A stretch of 62,895 nt of DNA, filler included, from Choristocarpus tenellus KU-1152 (taxonomy: Eukaryota > Protista > Phaeophyceae): the NCBI GenBank assembly GCA_964200185.2. It is 8 parts of 8 records of this genome, joined end to end, with 100 filler letters (N's around TTAATTAATTAA, not from the genome) between each part and the next. Parts side by side here need not be neighbours in the genome. Positions count along the whole stretch, not along the records: positions 48,794 to 52,998 come from CAXNAD020015710.1; positions 53,099 to 59,640 come from CAXNAD020007899.1; positions 59,741 to 62,895 come from CAXNAD020021908.1; 5 more parts are not named here. One strand, 5' to 3'. The position numbers were made by a program, and so were the translations under genes. The notes beneath the pieces were generated by a model. That model did no database searches. It saw only the letters and a program-made list of their open reading frames with translations, and was not told the origin of the DNA. Of this stretch, positions 49,653-62,895 are shown one piece after another (the first letter of the stretch is position 1; every line of letters starts with the position of its first letter).

Positions 49653-51612
49653 TTCCGACTTATGGGGACCCTTATTCCCGTGATGTCAATGTTGGGCAAC
49701 GTTCTGGGGGTGACCACTCAAGCAGCGTTTGTGCAGACAATGGTGTCTGTTTTTGCTGGCGCACGCACCGGACTTGCCTCTATCGTCACAGGCACTCTGT
49801 TTTTTGTGAGCATGTTCATATGGCCATTACATGCTGTCCTTGCCCCAGGGCACGTCACAGGGGCTCTTGCTGTCATCCTCTCCATAAGGTGCACTACAGG
49901 ACACATGAGTAACGCAATTGCTGTCTGCATGTTTTTTAATGCCTGTGGGTGTCAGCTATAGTGGGTGATGGTATCCACCCATCAGCGGACCGTTCAAATC
50001 TGAGTTGAATCCTCCAGTCACTAGAAAAATAGTATTTGCACCTAAGTCAATTTGTGTCATACGAAGAGTAACAATTTTTTCCTTTTGGATTTAATTGTCC
50101 ACTGTTTGGGGATAAGGGTGTATGTGCTATATATGTAGTACCCAAGTAATTCGCATTTAGCGCACGGAGGGTACCATCATACGTGCTTAAGCTCATGTCA
50201 GCAATATGTTGCAAACTACACAGATTGGATGTATTGTCTTTGAATGGCAAGAGAGTAGAATAAACTTTCTATCAAGGTAAAGACCACTTATCATTCACTT
50301 TCAGAAACCGCATTTTATTAATTGTTTCCAGGTCAGAACCCCCACTTCATGCACTTTTCTAAATCTTTCACAAATAGAATATATAATGGGAAACCCCATT
50401 AGAGGGGGGAACTCCAGGGGGGGGAGACTGGTCAAGATCTTTCGTTTGGATTTAGAGCCCCGTTGTAACACTATTCTCTGAAATTTGGGGCAGGGATAAG
50501 TGCTGTCATGTGTTCAATAGGAAAAGATGAGTATCCACAAGGTGAAAGGGCACTTCAAAAAATGAATGACATCGGGATATGTATCATTTGTGGGTGTTAC
50601 CCAGTGTGCTGAACCAATGATAGCCAACCTCATAAATCGTAAGTAATACTTCGAAGGAATTGGGCGCATCTCTACTGTGAGCACTAGTGTTACAGACTAA
50701 AAAGCTCTACTGTGCATGGAAAGGCGCTCATGACACGGAAATCCTACAACAAATACATCACTCATCGCTTCAGTAGTGAGTACCATACAGCATTGCAACA
50801 GTAGTCCATCTGGGTTTGACCTATACAGGGATTGTCCTAGAGATGACTATCTCGTTTCATTAATACATGTTCTGGGTTAGAGCTAGACAGAGATGTCCTA
50901 GAGCTGACTATCTCGTTGTAGTAGTACATATCTCGTACTCCCTAAGAGAACGTGGCAAGGCATCATCTGGATTTGACTGTTTATCCCCTTGATTGACTCC
51001 TTGAATGCCTACATATGACCCACTAGGTTCTTTTCCAGTATCAAGATTGTGGACCTCTCTTACCTTCCGCACGGCCTTGCTGTGGTGATGCCACTACTGG
51101 TCATTCCCTTCACCTTTGACTTTGTGGACAGTCTATGTATCGCAGCAGTGATGTCATTCCTATGCGAGCAAGGACAGCGGATGCTATCGGAAAAGGGCGA
51201 AGAAGCACCAGGCTGTGATGTACTGGTCCATCGTAGTCAATCAATTTCTTCGGACCTGTCTGTCACCATCATATCTACACCACCCGTTGGTAGCAAGTTT
51301 GGGGTTGATGTGAGGAGTCCTGTCTCACATTCTGGTCGGAATGCAACACCAACTTTGAATCCTGTGATAAGCCAAATGGTTTGTCCAGGTCAAAGGTCTG
51401 TGACTGGGACATCACAAGCAAGAAATTGTGCTTCTACTACCATGGGTGATGTTCGGGGATGCTGCAACGGTGATGCTTCAGCCATCACACCTAGAGGAAA
51501 CACAGCTGCAAGCAGCGCAAGGCTGCACCCTGCCTTTGCCCTGGTGGCTTTTTTGAACCTCTTGCTCAAGATTGTGGATGAGCGAATCCCTTCTTCACAA
51601 ATTGGAGGCTGA
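49653..51612 (+). CDS. AzgA/NCS2-like nucleobase permease, 3' part (exons 49653-49888, 51027-51612)
   Basis: Motif AGARTGLASIVTGTLFF..MFIWPL...AP, then MPLLVIPFTF hydrophobic helices. Phase-2 GT-AG junction, ends at stop 51612. Confidence 0.78.
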
Positions 51613-52383
51613 CAAATAGTTTACAGAACTTTATGTATACATAGAAGCTTTGAGTCAATACAAGAGTGCTTACCTTGTCATCCCAATTAGAAACAGCACC
51701 CATCACATAGTCCGTTTTTGGGCAATGTACACCTCTACTATATATAAATTCCTTCAGTAGATTATGGCACGGAAGAGACAAAATATATTGGGTGGTTGGG
51801 GGGGGGTCTAGCCCAGGGTGGTCATTTGAGTCTTCAGTAGGTGTTGCAAAATTAGCCGGTTTGAATATGAGCCAAGGGCTAGTCTTGTTTTGATAAAGTG
51901 TAGCTTAAGGGGATACTTTGAGTAGGTCTTCACTTTAGCCTTGATATTTAGACTGGGTTAAAAGTTGAAGCATGTCAGCTGTAGCGGTTGGGCTATGTGT
52001 CTGTAGATGACTTTGGGCGGTTCAGTAACCAAAGGACGTGAAGGGAAAGATTTGTGCACAGAATACATTTGCACATGCCTGTGGATAAAGCACGTGCAAT
52101 GAGATTCGCGTTTCTCAAGACGAGTGCATTATGTTACGTACGAAACACACAAATAATCCACATCAATGTCCCAAAGTACGCAATCTGGAAGAGATGAATG
52201 CATGCTTGCTGCGGAGTGTATCCGTCATTAAAGAGATGCTGCATGAAAGACCACACTACACTACTAGGACAAAGAGAAGTCGACACTGTGATGTCTATGA
52301 ATATATGATGTAAGAGAACTTTTGTTGTACAACATGCATGTTAATTTATTAAGAATGTTGAAGTTCTATTAACTCTAGATAAT

Positions 52384-52800
52384 TCATAACAGATAGCAGT
52401 GATTACAATCCTCTCCCTCATAGTCCACAGAGAAAATGTGTGCCCCAGATTCATCCACACCTGCATTGCATGCAACCTTTCCCCCACACAATAGCATCCC
52501 CACTTCAACATAGGATGATGACACTGGTGGCCTTGTCCAAACTTGGCACCGAACTGCGTTGCTTTTAGAAGAGAATAGGTATCCTGTCAAGGGTTTGCCG
52601 ATTGGACTCCAAAGAAGTAACTTCTGGTACTGTCCAGGCAGAATGGTGAACGTGCCTTCAAGGTTGTTCTAACAAAGGTGTATGAAACCAGGGATGAGGA
52701 TTGCCTGAAGGGGGACGACACAGGGACCTGATCATGCGGCCTACAGCATCCTAAGGATTTTGATGTTGGGGAAGGATATGGGGGGCGACAGTGAAGGTTG
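52384..52800 (-). mobile_element. Possible decayed copia RNase H fragment
   Basis: TGYLFSSKSNAVRCQVWTRPPVSSSYVEV resembles TGYLF...AVSW.S..Q..VA.S..EAE. Confidence 0.35.
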
Positions 52801-52927
52801 TGGTGTAAAGCAGCAATTGTGTGGTGAATCTGTGTCGTTTGGCGACCATGATAAAAACGTTGGAAACAAACAAACATCTATAACTCAAGACGTAAAGAAC
52901 TTCGTACAAAATAATTCTGTTCTTAAT

Positions 52928-52985
52928 ATTTTATTATTATGCCCTCTGACATTTTGCAGATGTGTCAGGGGGAAACCAATGAAAA
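52928..52985 (-). mobile_element. CRE-like element 3' tail near contig end
   Basis: TTATTATTATGCCCTCTGACATTTTGCAGATGTGTCAGGGGGAAACCAAT. Confidence 0.75.
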
Positions 52986-53890
52986 CTATATACGTATGNN
53001 NNNNNNNNNNNNNNNNNNNNNNNNNNNNNNNNNNNNNNNNNNTTAATTAATTAANNNNNNNNNNNNNNNNNNNNNNNNNNNNNNNNNNNNNNNNNNNNCT
53101 GGGACTGCGCAGTGGGAATTAATTGTATATCTTCTTCCCCTAACAACGTAACCCCCCCCCCCTCTCTTTTCTCCCTTTGGGCAAGGATAACCTTCGTTCC
53201 TAGACCAAGTCTCCCCTCGGCTGTGAAAAAAAGGCTTCACATAACTTGGCCCATCATTGCATTCACCATGGGGTCAATATCAACGTTATGTGATCCTAAC
53301 AATCAAGAAAATAGATACATGCTTGTGCTAGATTGAGAGGTATCTTTGGAGTTCCTTTAGCCTCTGATAGTCTGAATGCTTAAGTATCGCTTTCGTCGAT
53401 CAAGTCACAACAAACTAGGTCGGGATTCCATTCACAGGAGTAAGAATTCGGTCTAATGAGAAGACCACCACCTTCTCCAAACGACTACCATGCCTTAAAT
53501 CTATGTCGTCCTCGATACCCAGCATCCCTCACCACTCCATAATGTTTTGTAGGGAAAAAGCTGGATGTGCAGGGCAATTTTGTACTTGTAAGTCAGGTGG
53601 AAGTCATTATTGTATAGTGAAGGCTCTAAGGTACCCATCACCAATTCCCCTACCTTGGATCCTTCCCCTCCAAGCTCCATCACGGATAGATCAGCCTACC
53701 AAGGTGACACAGGTCTGACCAAAACTTACCAGAGTACCTAACCAGTCAGTTGACAATTTGACTCAAGGTGCTAGTATTGTATAAAAAGTTGGTGAGGTTT
53801 GAGATCATGGACTGATGAGAGGAAGGAAGGCGTGTTTGAGAATCTTGGAACTCAGTTGATATTATCTATTATCGTACATACCATCGAAAC

Positions 53891-56800
53891 ATGGTGAACT
53901 ACAGTAAGTGGGATGACCTGGATGTCTCAGACTCCGACTCGGACTCGGGTGGAAATAGTACTGGGGCCAGGTGCAAGGGAGGAGGAAGAGGAGAAGGCCG
54001 GGATGCTCGTTTGCTCGATGAAGTGGAATCGCTCAGGTGCCATTTTTTTTCACACATTCCTGAAAGTAATGCTCCCTGGGTGTTTCATCTCTGAAGCACT
54101 TCCCAATGAAGAAGAAACTTACACCGATCGTGCATACGACCTTGTTTCCGTTCTTTGGAAGACTTCAAGGGAATGCGTCCTTCGAAAGTGGGGACCTCCC
54201 CATTGCCATGGATTTGTACGAGCGGGAGTTGTCGCTTTTGCAAGGAATGAAAGGTCAGAACCACGCTTTGTATCCTGCCGTTGAGGACAGCCCCTCCAAG
54301 AATTACTGTTGTGCTTGAATTTTATTTTCAGGGAAGAAGCAGGAGAGGCACTCACCGATATCTCCCCGTGCTCCCTGCTGTCTCGCATTTTGTCGAACAG
54401 GTGCAGCGGCGTCGGAAGCGGCTGTAGCTGCTCGTCTAAACCAAGCAACTGCCCTTATCAAGTTGAAGAAATTCACCTCTGCCGACGAATGCTGCTCTCG
54501 CTTGCTGGGCGGACAGGAAGGGACAGTAGCTCTCTCACCTATTGGACCAGGAACTGCAGGGGCGACTGCGAGGGGTCGAGCTTTCCAATTCCGAGGGTTT
54601 GCCAGGTAGGGGTTCCTGTTGAAGAAACTTTCATCCCATACTGATCGTAGTCAATTATCCTTCACGAGGCCCGAAAAACATGCCGGAATTGGGAGGGTTG
54701 CCAGTGAAAGGTATGTTACTTTGTACGTTCCGTGTGCACACCCAAACGTTCTACAGCATGCGGAACCTGCTAGTGTTGGGTATGCTGATGAATGCAACTA
54801 CGTTTAACGAAATAGTGCTTGCATATCCTATGGGCAGGTTGCGCCTTGGTCGCCTAGATGAGGCTTGTGCTGACCTGAGAGAAGCTCTTACTATTGAGGA
54901 AGCCCATGGAACTGGAGGTGCTGGAAAGGTTAATGAAATCAGGGCCCTCCTCATGGAGGCAGAGGCTGGATCAGAGCTGAAGAGCTGCCGTGATCCTGAG
55001 GCCTTTGGACGTGGTATGCAAAATATGGGGTTTGGGGGAAGGGGAGGCTGTACTAGGAAGGACCTGGGAGTAATCTTAGGTTGATATTTATTGACCAGCT
55101 GTAAAAAGCCCAAGTTTTGGGGACTTGGATCAAGTCAGGCCTACCGAGTTTGAGATTGCCAATGAATTGGTGATTGGCTAGTTGTGAGTTTTGGTTGGTC
55201 TTGTGCGCACCAGTAGCCCCATGAATCCTTACCTTAGAGGGAGGTGCTTTTGCTTCAGCTACAGGTCCAAGGTTGATTATTTTGCTGGTAGGGAGAGAGT
55301 AATAATTCGAATGGTGAGATGCATTTTAGAAGTATAATTGATGGATTGCACTCTTGCATACTGTTGTGAAGCTTTTGTATGTGTTCCAGCATGAACTCCT
55401 GCACCTCCCATCCTTACCACTAACTCTCATCTCATCGTGGAATGAGACCATATTTTTTATTTACGTCTGCTGATGGACGAACCTTACACTTGTTTCCCTT
55501 GTAATAAAATAAAAACATGAACTGAATTGTGGATTGCTTGTCATTAGACATGTTTCTCTCAATCCACCTGACTACCCCACTGTCCATGCCCTTAACCCTC
55601 TTCCATGCTACTGTTATAATACAGAACTTTTGAGGGATCGTAACCCTCGTGAGGCAGCAAAATATTTCCGAGAATCTTCTTCTCGTGCCAGGCAGGCATA
55701 TACATCATGTACATCATATACATCTACATCATCCCATGATAGTCCCAGGGGTCCTCAGGGCTCACGAGGCGGGATGGATACCCTGGCACGAGCCCTTCGT
55801 ATGGAAGCTCTAGCTGTGGCAGCCTCAGGTGACCTAGATGCTGCTGTGAACCTCTTGAAAGGTGCCCTGAATGAGCTGCCAGAAGGCAGTGGCAGGGGAG
55901 TTGCATTGATTCATGCGTCACTGGGGGGGATGCTGCGTAAGAAAGGGTGAGCATTTGGTGGGAGAGGGGATTTGCATAGTGTTACGGAGTTTAATAGTGG
56001 TACAATTGTGTATAGTAGGCTGAAGGGTGGAAGGCATGGTGAGAAAACACATGCTAAGAAAGTCTTTATTGTGCACAATTTCTGTAGTGAAACAATCGTG
56101 AGGGTGATTGTCACAAATATTGTCTAAACAAGTAATTCTCACAAGCACTAAGCCAATATCGGATCAGATTCCTCTGTAGACAAAGTAGTCGTCATGCCAT
56201 CGATCAAGTTTACCATCCTGCATATTGTGAAGAACAGAAGAACCAGGAAGATTACTGGCCTCATCCTCTAATGTTATTTGGTTGAATAATAATAATTTTT
56301 CCAGGCATGTCCTGCAGTCAAGATTTCTTCTTCGGTGTCTTTTGTTGGGTAATATGTTGGGTAATATAATATAGTCTGATGGTATTTCATCTGGTTTGAA
56401 GGTATCTATACAATAATATTTATTTTTGAGTAAATAGTGGACATGGCCATTGATATAGCTATAGCAAGGGGGAATGCAACTCCACTACAGGTATAGTGAT
56501 GTCTGGTTTTGTTAATAGGTGGAATCGACCGCATTTGAATGCATTTGACAGGCTCCCTCTGGCGTCCCAACCCGACCCACACATGTCCCATATCACATGC
56601 CTGCATTGTCACTATGAAAACCATCAGAGAGAAGAGACCAGCTGCTGAAGCATACCGTAGGGCATTGATACTCCTTGATTCACACCAGGGGAAAGAGGAG
56701 GAGAACCTGGAGAGTGGTGGAGATGAGGATGATGATGTATTTGAGCTGGATACAGAAGGAAATATTGTCCCTTTGAAAACTGCCACAACTTCGACATTGT

Positions 56801-59579
56801 GAGTGGGGAGGGAGGTTTGGGGGAGGATTGAATGTCACCAGGGTGAAAGGGAGGGAAGCGTGTACTATTGTACTTACTAAAGCCTCAGGGTGTTTTTTTA
56901 TTGAGAAGCTTTTGAGGGGTATTGTGCCATTGGTGGTGTTGTATTAGTACTGACCGTACTCATAATAAAAGTCAACGGTACCATTTGATAGTATGCATTT
57001 GATAGTATGGGAAGAGTGTGATTTTATTGTCCCTCACCTCTTGTCTTGTCCTCAGCAAAATGTATGATCACATTTCTGTCTTTCTTTCATTCACCTTCCA
57101 CAACTCCCACAAAGACCATTCTCATTCTCATTCTCTCCCCTCACCCACCCATAGACACACTCATATTTTAGGGTACAATGCACTCAGCTTGATCACAAGC
57201 TCTCATGTCATTCTACAACTCTCCCCCCTATACTCCTGACTGTATCTCCATTATTGCTGAAGGTGTGAGGCCTAGTATTAGATAAAATAGAATATCCTCC
57301 CTTCTCCCCCCCCCACATCCTGTTGCACCCCTCTCCCACTGTTTTCTTGCCCAGAAGTGATCCAAAGAATAGTGGCTCTGGGGATGATGCTGAAGCTGAT
57401 CCAGCCCTGCTTGAGGTCATCATTGCATTGGCGACCACCCTAATGTCTAGGGAATGTAAAAAGGATGGGGGGGGGAAGGAGGCAGTGTCCTTGCTTGAGA
57501 GGGCTCTTGCGATTCTTCAGAGAGTGACAGGACATGATACAGGGGTAGCATCCACAAACGTAAGAAGAAACTAAGGGAGTGGTGTCAGGAATGTTCATGG
57601 TGCATAGGGCTGGATATTGTAGTGGGGCTGGGTTTGCAAGTACTTCCAAATTGATATATTTTTTATATTAAGCCAGGACCAAGTCTGTAAGAGTGGACCC
57701 ATTTGTCTTGTTAATATTCATTTTTTTTAAATGGCATTTCTCAGATGATGAATCTTGCATTTTTATCCCCCACGGTGTGGATCGGCAAATGATCTGGTGT
57801 GCACTCATCAGCATTTGTTTTGAGCTTGTTGAGAGAGGGTTAGTAGGAATGCTCGGGTCATTCGGATAGTACTTGCTGAGAAAGACTTGCCTTTGAGTTT
57901 GTGATAAGAAAGCTATTGGTAGCTACAAGTAAAGGGCAAGCCGTGCTGTTATTTTGTCTGGATCTGTCCTTCCTCATTTCGTGTGGGAGTGGAGCTATGA
58001 TGGGTGGAAAGTGGATGATGCTAGGGATATGTATATGCTATGGTCTTACAGAAATTTGTTGTAGTATTGAGGAAGGTACAATTGTATCTGACCACACAGT
58101 GGTCAAATTTACTGTGAGCATCCAAAATGGTGGGGCGGGGGGGGGCAGTGACCTTTTGCCGAACAGCAGTTTTTGTTGCTGTTCATTTTCTGAAGACAAA
58201 TGGGGCACATGTTGGTGGTGATACAAGACAGAGCCATGGTTTAGGGTAGTGAACTCTAGTTTTTGGCTTTCTCTGAAGTAGTTTGCAGCGTATTGATGTG
58301 AGAATCTCTGGGTATCATTTTGAAATATATTCTAGTGCCTTAGTTGTGTTTTGGAAACTTTAAGAGGGCGGAATTGATAGTTGGTGTGAGGTTTTACAAG
58401 ATTTAAAAGCTCTGATGGTATGCCTTGAGCCCTGTTCTTGGCACATGTGAATGGATGATCTGTCCCCTATATATATTGATGTTCCTATCCATAGTCTGTT
58501 AAGAAAACACAAGGCTGGCACTGTTGCAGTTGAAGCATATTTGTTGGCAGATCCCACAAAGCTGATATATGTTAGATACTCTGAAGTACTATTAATGGTA
58601 CTCAAGTAATAGTAGTTACCAAACAAATACTGCATTCTTTTTTTTCAAAGAGAGTATCCCCTGCTGTGGTAAACAAGTAAGCCCTTTTAAGAAATATTAA
58701 TATATACTGTAAATTCTTGTGTGACAGTAGAAACTGCTTGCCAATAGGAGATTGATAGTGTTAATGGTTGATGTAGGCGAGAACAAGAGTGCTTGGCAGG
58801 ACCAGTTGTCAGAGGGGGTCAAAACAGGTTGGTTCAGGACGTCAGTTCAAGAGTGTTACAGGAATATTCTTACTGCTACTGGTGGGGTTGGTGATTTCTT
58901 GCAAGGGTGCCACACACACACATGAATGGCAAGGTTTGCAACAATGTATGAATCGAAGGGAAGCTATGGTTTTATCAACAAGACGGTTTTATCAACAAGA
59001 CCTTCCCGTGGTACTATGGCAGGACTATGTCAGGAGATCACTGACCAGGACGTTGGACACACTTTCTCAGGCTCATGCACTACAGGGTCAATGGGAGCAG
59101 GCCAGGTATGGTGTATGTTTTGCCTGGTGTCTTTGTTTTAATATCTTTGTTTTAGCGCATCCCTTTGATCTCATGGACAAGACCACAGAGTAGGTATGGC
59201 ACTCAGGTTTGCATCCCTTTGATCTCATGGACAAGACCACAAAGTAGGTATGACACTCAGGTTTGCATCCCTTTGATCTCATGGACAAGACCACAAAGTA
59301 GGTTTGCATCCCTTTGATCTTAGGTTTACTATTTTGTTTGCGTAACTTGGAGCACTGCAAACATCCGAATCGTACAAATCAGCATTTTGTAGCTTCAATA
59401 CTGACCTTGCCTACCCCCCCGCTAATCCCCTTGTGAAAAAGGTCTCGAGGGGAGCAGTCATTGTCAGTTGCACGGAGTCTTGGTGTCAAAGGTAAGGCGG
59501 AGGTGGCCGCTATCTTGCTTTCGCTTGGACACATTAACATTCGACTGCATGGAGTGGATGCAGGCATAGAAAGGGCAAG
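53891..59579 (+). CDS. TPR-repeat protein, 5' part (exons ~53891-54036, 54162-54253, 54401-54605, 54838-55014, 55625-55946, 56628-56799, 57355-57559, 58906-59105, 59442-59579; cut by spacer)
   Basis: MVNYSKWDDLDVSDSD start. TPR-like helices RLQGNASFESGDLPIAMDLYE, ARLNQATALIKLKKF, RAFQFRGFARLRLGRLDEACADLREAL, AAEAYRRAL, AVSLLERALAI. GT-AG sites. Confidence 0.8.
59157..59320. repeat. 54-bp intronic tandem repeat (2 full units, one 41-bp deleted unit, one partial unit)
   Basis: GCATCCCTTTGATCTCATGGACAAGACCACA(G/A)AGTAGGTATG(G/A)CACTCAGGTTT units start at 59157, 59211, 59265 and 59306. Confidence 0.92.
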
Positions 59580-62500
59580 GTCAGTGGAGCTGGGAGGGGA
59601 GGAGGATGAGGGGTAGGAAAAGATTGCTGTGGGTCCACCTNNNNNNNNNNNNNNNNNNNNNNNNNNNNNNNNNNNNNNNNNNNNTTAATTAATTAANNNN
59701 NNNNNNNNNNNNNNNNNNNNNNNNNNNNNNNNNNNNNNNNTCAGCAGCTCATGTGCCAGAATCAGTATTATCTCTTACATGTGATGGGCATTATTTTCTA
59801 CCTCCTCTTTGTCACTTGAAGCTCACATATTACGTCTCCATTGCCCTTCATGGGGCACAGAGGCAACCGAACTCTGGAGCGACCTATAGCCCCATTTCAC
59901 AGTGAAGCAGCATGCATATGAGATATACAAGACAAGAATAGTATTGACTTCTAGTATCCACATAACATTTTATGAAGGAATTGGCGGTCTGATGATGAGC
60001 GAGTCTTATTTTTTTCGCACCTTGAGTAATAATATACTTGCTCTTCTGTAGACACGATAATATGAAAGTAAGATGGTGCAACACCAATCCCTGGAAGGGC
60101 AATAGTGTGGGAATTTCGGAGCCTTGCCAAGAAAGACACGAAGTTTGACATCCTTAATGATGTTTATGTGGTAGTTACTGTAACAGGAAGTCGTTCCTCC
60201 GTTCTCTTGGAGAGACAAAAAAAAATGAAGCAAGGTTTGACGAATAAGATGGAGATTGTACATCCAACAATTTTTGGTCATATCCCACAGAAGACATGAT
60301 TTCACCCTTGAGTGCGTAAGTATTTTGTCCACCGAAAAGACAGATTGGCCACATATAGTGGTAGCCTACGTGCAAGGTTCATGCAATTCAAACTTCCCAA
60401 TTGAGAGCAAACCTTTCTACACACAATAAATAAATCAAGGGGTACTCCTGAGTTGTATTTTCATTGTCGAATCTGGTATTTTATGTTTTGGGGTGTGAAA
60501 TGGTTCAAGTAGTTGCTACTAGATATATTCTTTAAAATCAAAGTACAANNNNNNNNNNTTGAAATAGCAATGTCACCGAACAAATAGGTCACTCTGATTT
60601 CTTCATGTTTATGAAAAATGGAATGCTGATTTTCAATGGGGTAAAAATACGAAAGAAATATGTGGATGGTTGCTGTTAAACACCATTGAGGCGTCACTAT
60701 TACACCAGGGCAGACAATCGCGACTCTTAACAGTTGCCACTAGTTCGCTGATGCCACAAATTTGGCTCACCTTCGCAGCCTTTGGGCACCAGATCACTCA
60801 CTGCAGGGGTACTATGTAGTAGATATATGGTTCAACACTCACTGTCTGTCATGCTGGTCCTGCTGATTCTACAACCCAAAACAGGGTACTTTAGACTGGG
60901 ATCCAGCTCTGACTGTCCAATAGGTTTCCCTGAGCGATTTAAAAAAAATGATGGGTGTATCCGAATAGACTAGGTCAGAGTAAATGGCGAACAAGGCACC
61001 CTCAACCCTAAGCCACTGTGCAATATGTATATCCACAACCTCTCCAAAACAAAGATAGTCAGGGATTCGTGAAGGACAAATCTCCAGCATATCCCGCAAC
61101 AGGTGAAACAGTTACTGTTCAATTCCTCACTGGATAAGTAAACTATCCCATCTGTGTATATATGAGTATGAACACTTATACTGCTACATAGTAATATTGT
61201 TCAGTCCATAGTGACTTCCTTTCCCCTAACCCTAACCCGCTTATGTATTAAGTGGATGTGACCTCTCCCAGGTCTCCGAACAAGGGAAAGCAGAAAAGAG
61301 TTAAAAGATACCTCGAACTATACTCTATTGTAGGTGGGACAATCAATGTTCCTTATATTGTGTGGGTAGAATGTTTTTCGACAGTAACCGTGAAGTAAAT
61401 AATGGGTCAGATTTCCAGTAGAGGACCCAACTGTCAAGACAACAGAAAACTCAACATAGAAGGTAAGCAACGTGTAAAGTGACATCAAAATGCACTACAA
61501 CACATTTCAAGGCATAAAAAAGGCGGTCATCACAACACAACACACCAAAAGATGACACGAATGAGAGCACAATATCTTCAATTACATCTCACAACAAAGC
61601 AGATACATATACATGTACTCTACCCACAACCCTGAGCCTCAACTATTACTTTCCTAGATAAAGTTTTTGGTTGGACCTGTGATCAATGGACGGTCTTGTC
61701 ATTCAGCAATACAAAGCAGGAAGGGATGGATGTAGAGGGCTTTCAATTTTCTTCAAAAAAAGGAAGCGGTAATCCCACACTCTGCTCATATGAGGTACAG
61801 AAAAGGTCCTTGAAAGAGCTTCAGAATCGAACCGTCAATTATTATGGCATATCCTTCCGACAACCACAACCCCACACCACAGGATCAATTGTCACAGGCA
61901 ATGGACCTTAGTGGTAGTTTCACAAACGCCATTATGACCTTGAAGATTTTATATATTGATCTTCTTGAATTTACTATTTATTCATTGTGAGACCATTCAT
62001 TGCCTGTCTCTGGTTTGTTCAGTTCGTCTCTATACACCAATCAAAGCAATGTATTGAACAGGTATGAACACCTCAAGGCGCTTAGGGTGGTAAGAAGCAC
62101 ATGAAAACGATTTCGCAACCACTCATGTGTCCACACCCACTGGTATGAGTCCAATTGCAAGGAGGAACGATGCTCAGGCGAGACATCTTCCTCTGCTTTG
62201 CCCTCATTGACAGTGGTTTCCCATTCACACTCAATACCATCAAGGAGGAATAGAGGATGCCCCCCTACTGTGGGAACATCTGGGGAAGTCCCAGACACTG
62301 TACTACCCTCATCGTCTCCTACATCATACCTCGCGACCTTTGCCTCCTTGCCAACTGCCTCCCCCTTCCAACTCGGGCTTTCTTGTCACTCCATTTGCTG
62401 CACTCACCTTGCATCTGCTGTGTGTTTGCCCTTTTTTATTCAGAATACGTGCATGTGGTAATTTAAACAGTATTTTTCTGGGCCTTTGGAAGGTGCTACA

Positions 62501-62729
62501 GCTGGCATATGAAGGCAAAAAAAAATCTTTCCGAGCAAGATAGGAAAGTTCACGATCACCACCTCACACGCATGTTCTCCTCCTGGCAAACCTTCGTTGT
62601 GACAAGTACCAACATGTTACTTGTCATGATTTTTGCAGCTACTCATAATTGTGTGTGTGTTTGCATACGTACTCCTAACGGTATTTATATAACCAAAAAA
62701 GAATCTTGAAAACTATACTTTCCTTTCCT

Positions 62730-62895
62730 CACGAATTCTGGATTTTTTTTTAATTCTATGTTTGCATTACACCCATTCCCCTCCTCCCCATTTGTACCAC
62801 CACTTGTGACCAACCAATGCGAACCCCCTTCGCCACTGATTTTCAATCACGCCCCTGTCCGATGACAAACCAGTGCGAACCCCTTTTGCAACAGA
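62730..62895. repeat. Second copy of the ~58-bp-unit repeat element (runs off window end)
   Basis: CACGAATTCTGGATT...CACCCATTCCCCT...TGACCAACCAATGCGAACCCCCTTCGCCACTGATTT matches 18885-19010. Confidence 0.85.

Noticed and set aside
46392-51612. Kinesin-permease fusion or gene cluster
   Set aside because: The two partial genes are on different contigs separated by an artificial spacer.
59157-59320. CRISPR-like array
   Set aside because: Whole units are near-identical with no unique spacers. It is a plain tandem repeat.
59741-62720. Possible genes or transposase remnants in the last contig
   Set aside because: Only short broken ORFs, with no motif I could assign with confidence.

Overview
Eukaryotic, intron-rich genomic DNA. 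Gene families and repeats point to a stramenopile, probably a brown alga or close relative (inference). The window is not contiguous. It consists of eight pieces joined by seven identical artificial 100-nt spacers (N44-TTAATTAATTAA-N44), so gene order across spacers carries no information. Spliced genes traceable from the sequence: D-3-phosphoglycerate dehydrogenase with a mitochondrial-type presequence, a CMC4-like Cx9C protein, a small uncharacterised protein, a signal-peptide-bearing PUB-UBX protein (candidate periplastid SELMA/Cdc48 cofactor), a polymorphic-membrane-protein-like beta-helix gene, a protein built of exon-encoded CTFxP repeats, a kinesin, an AzgA-like permease and a TPR protein. 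Intergenic and intronic space holds decayed mobile elements: a tyrosine-recombinase (DIRS/Ngaro-like) retroelement abutting a Ty1/copia fragment, two DD39D-type mariner relics, and about 10 5'-truncated copies of a CRE-like RLE non-LTR element. The most distinctive signal is two MITE families with 4-bp target-site duplications. Their bodies are unrelated, but their terminal inverted repeats share the core AAAGTATCT at positions 6-14 (Sola2-like by terminal structure). No CRISPR array, rRNA or tRNA was recognised. Family assignments come from motif recognition only, and coordinates of decayed elements are approximate.
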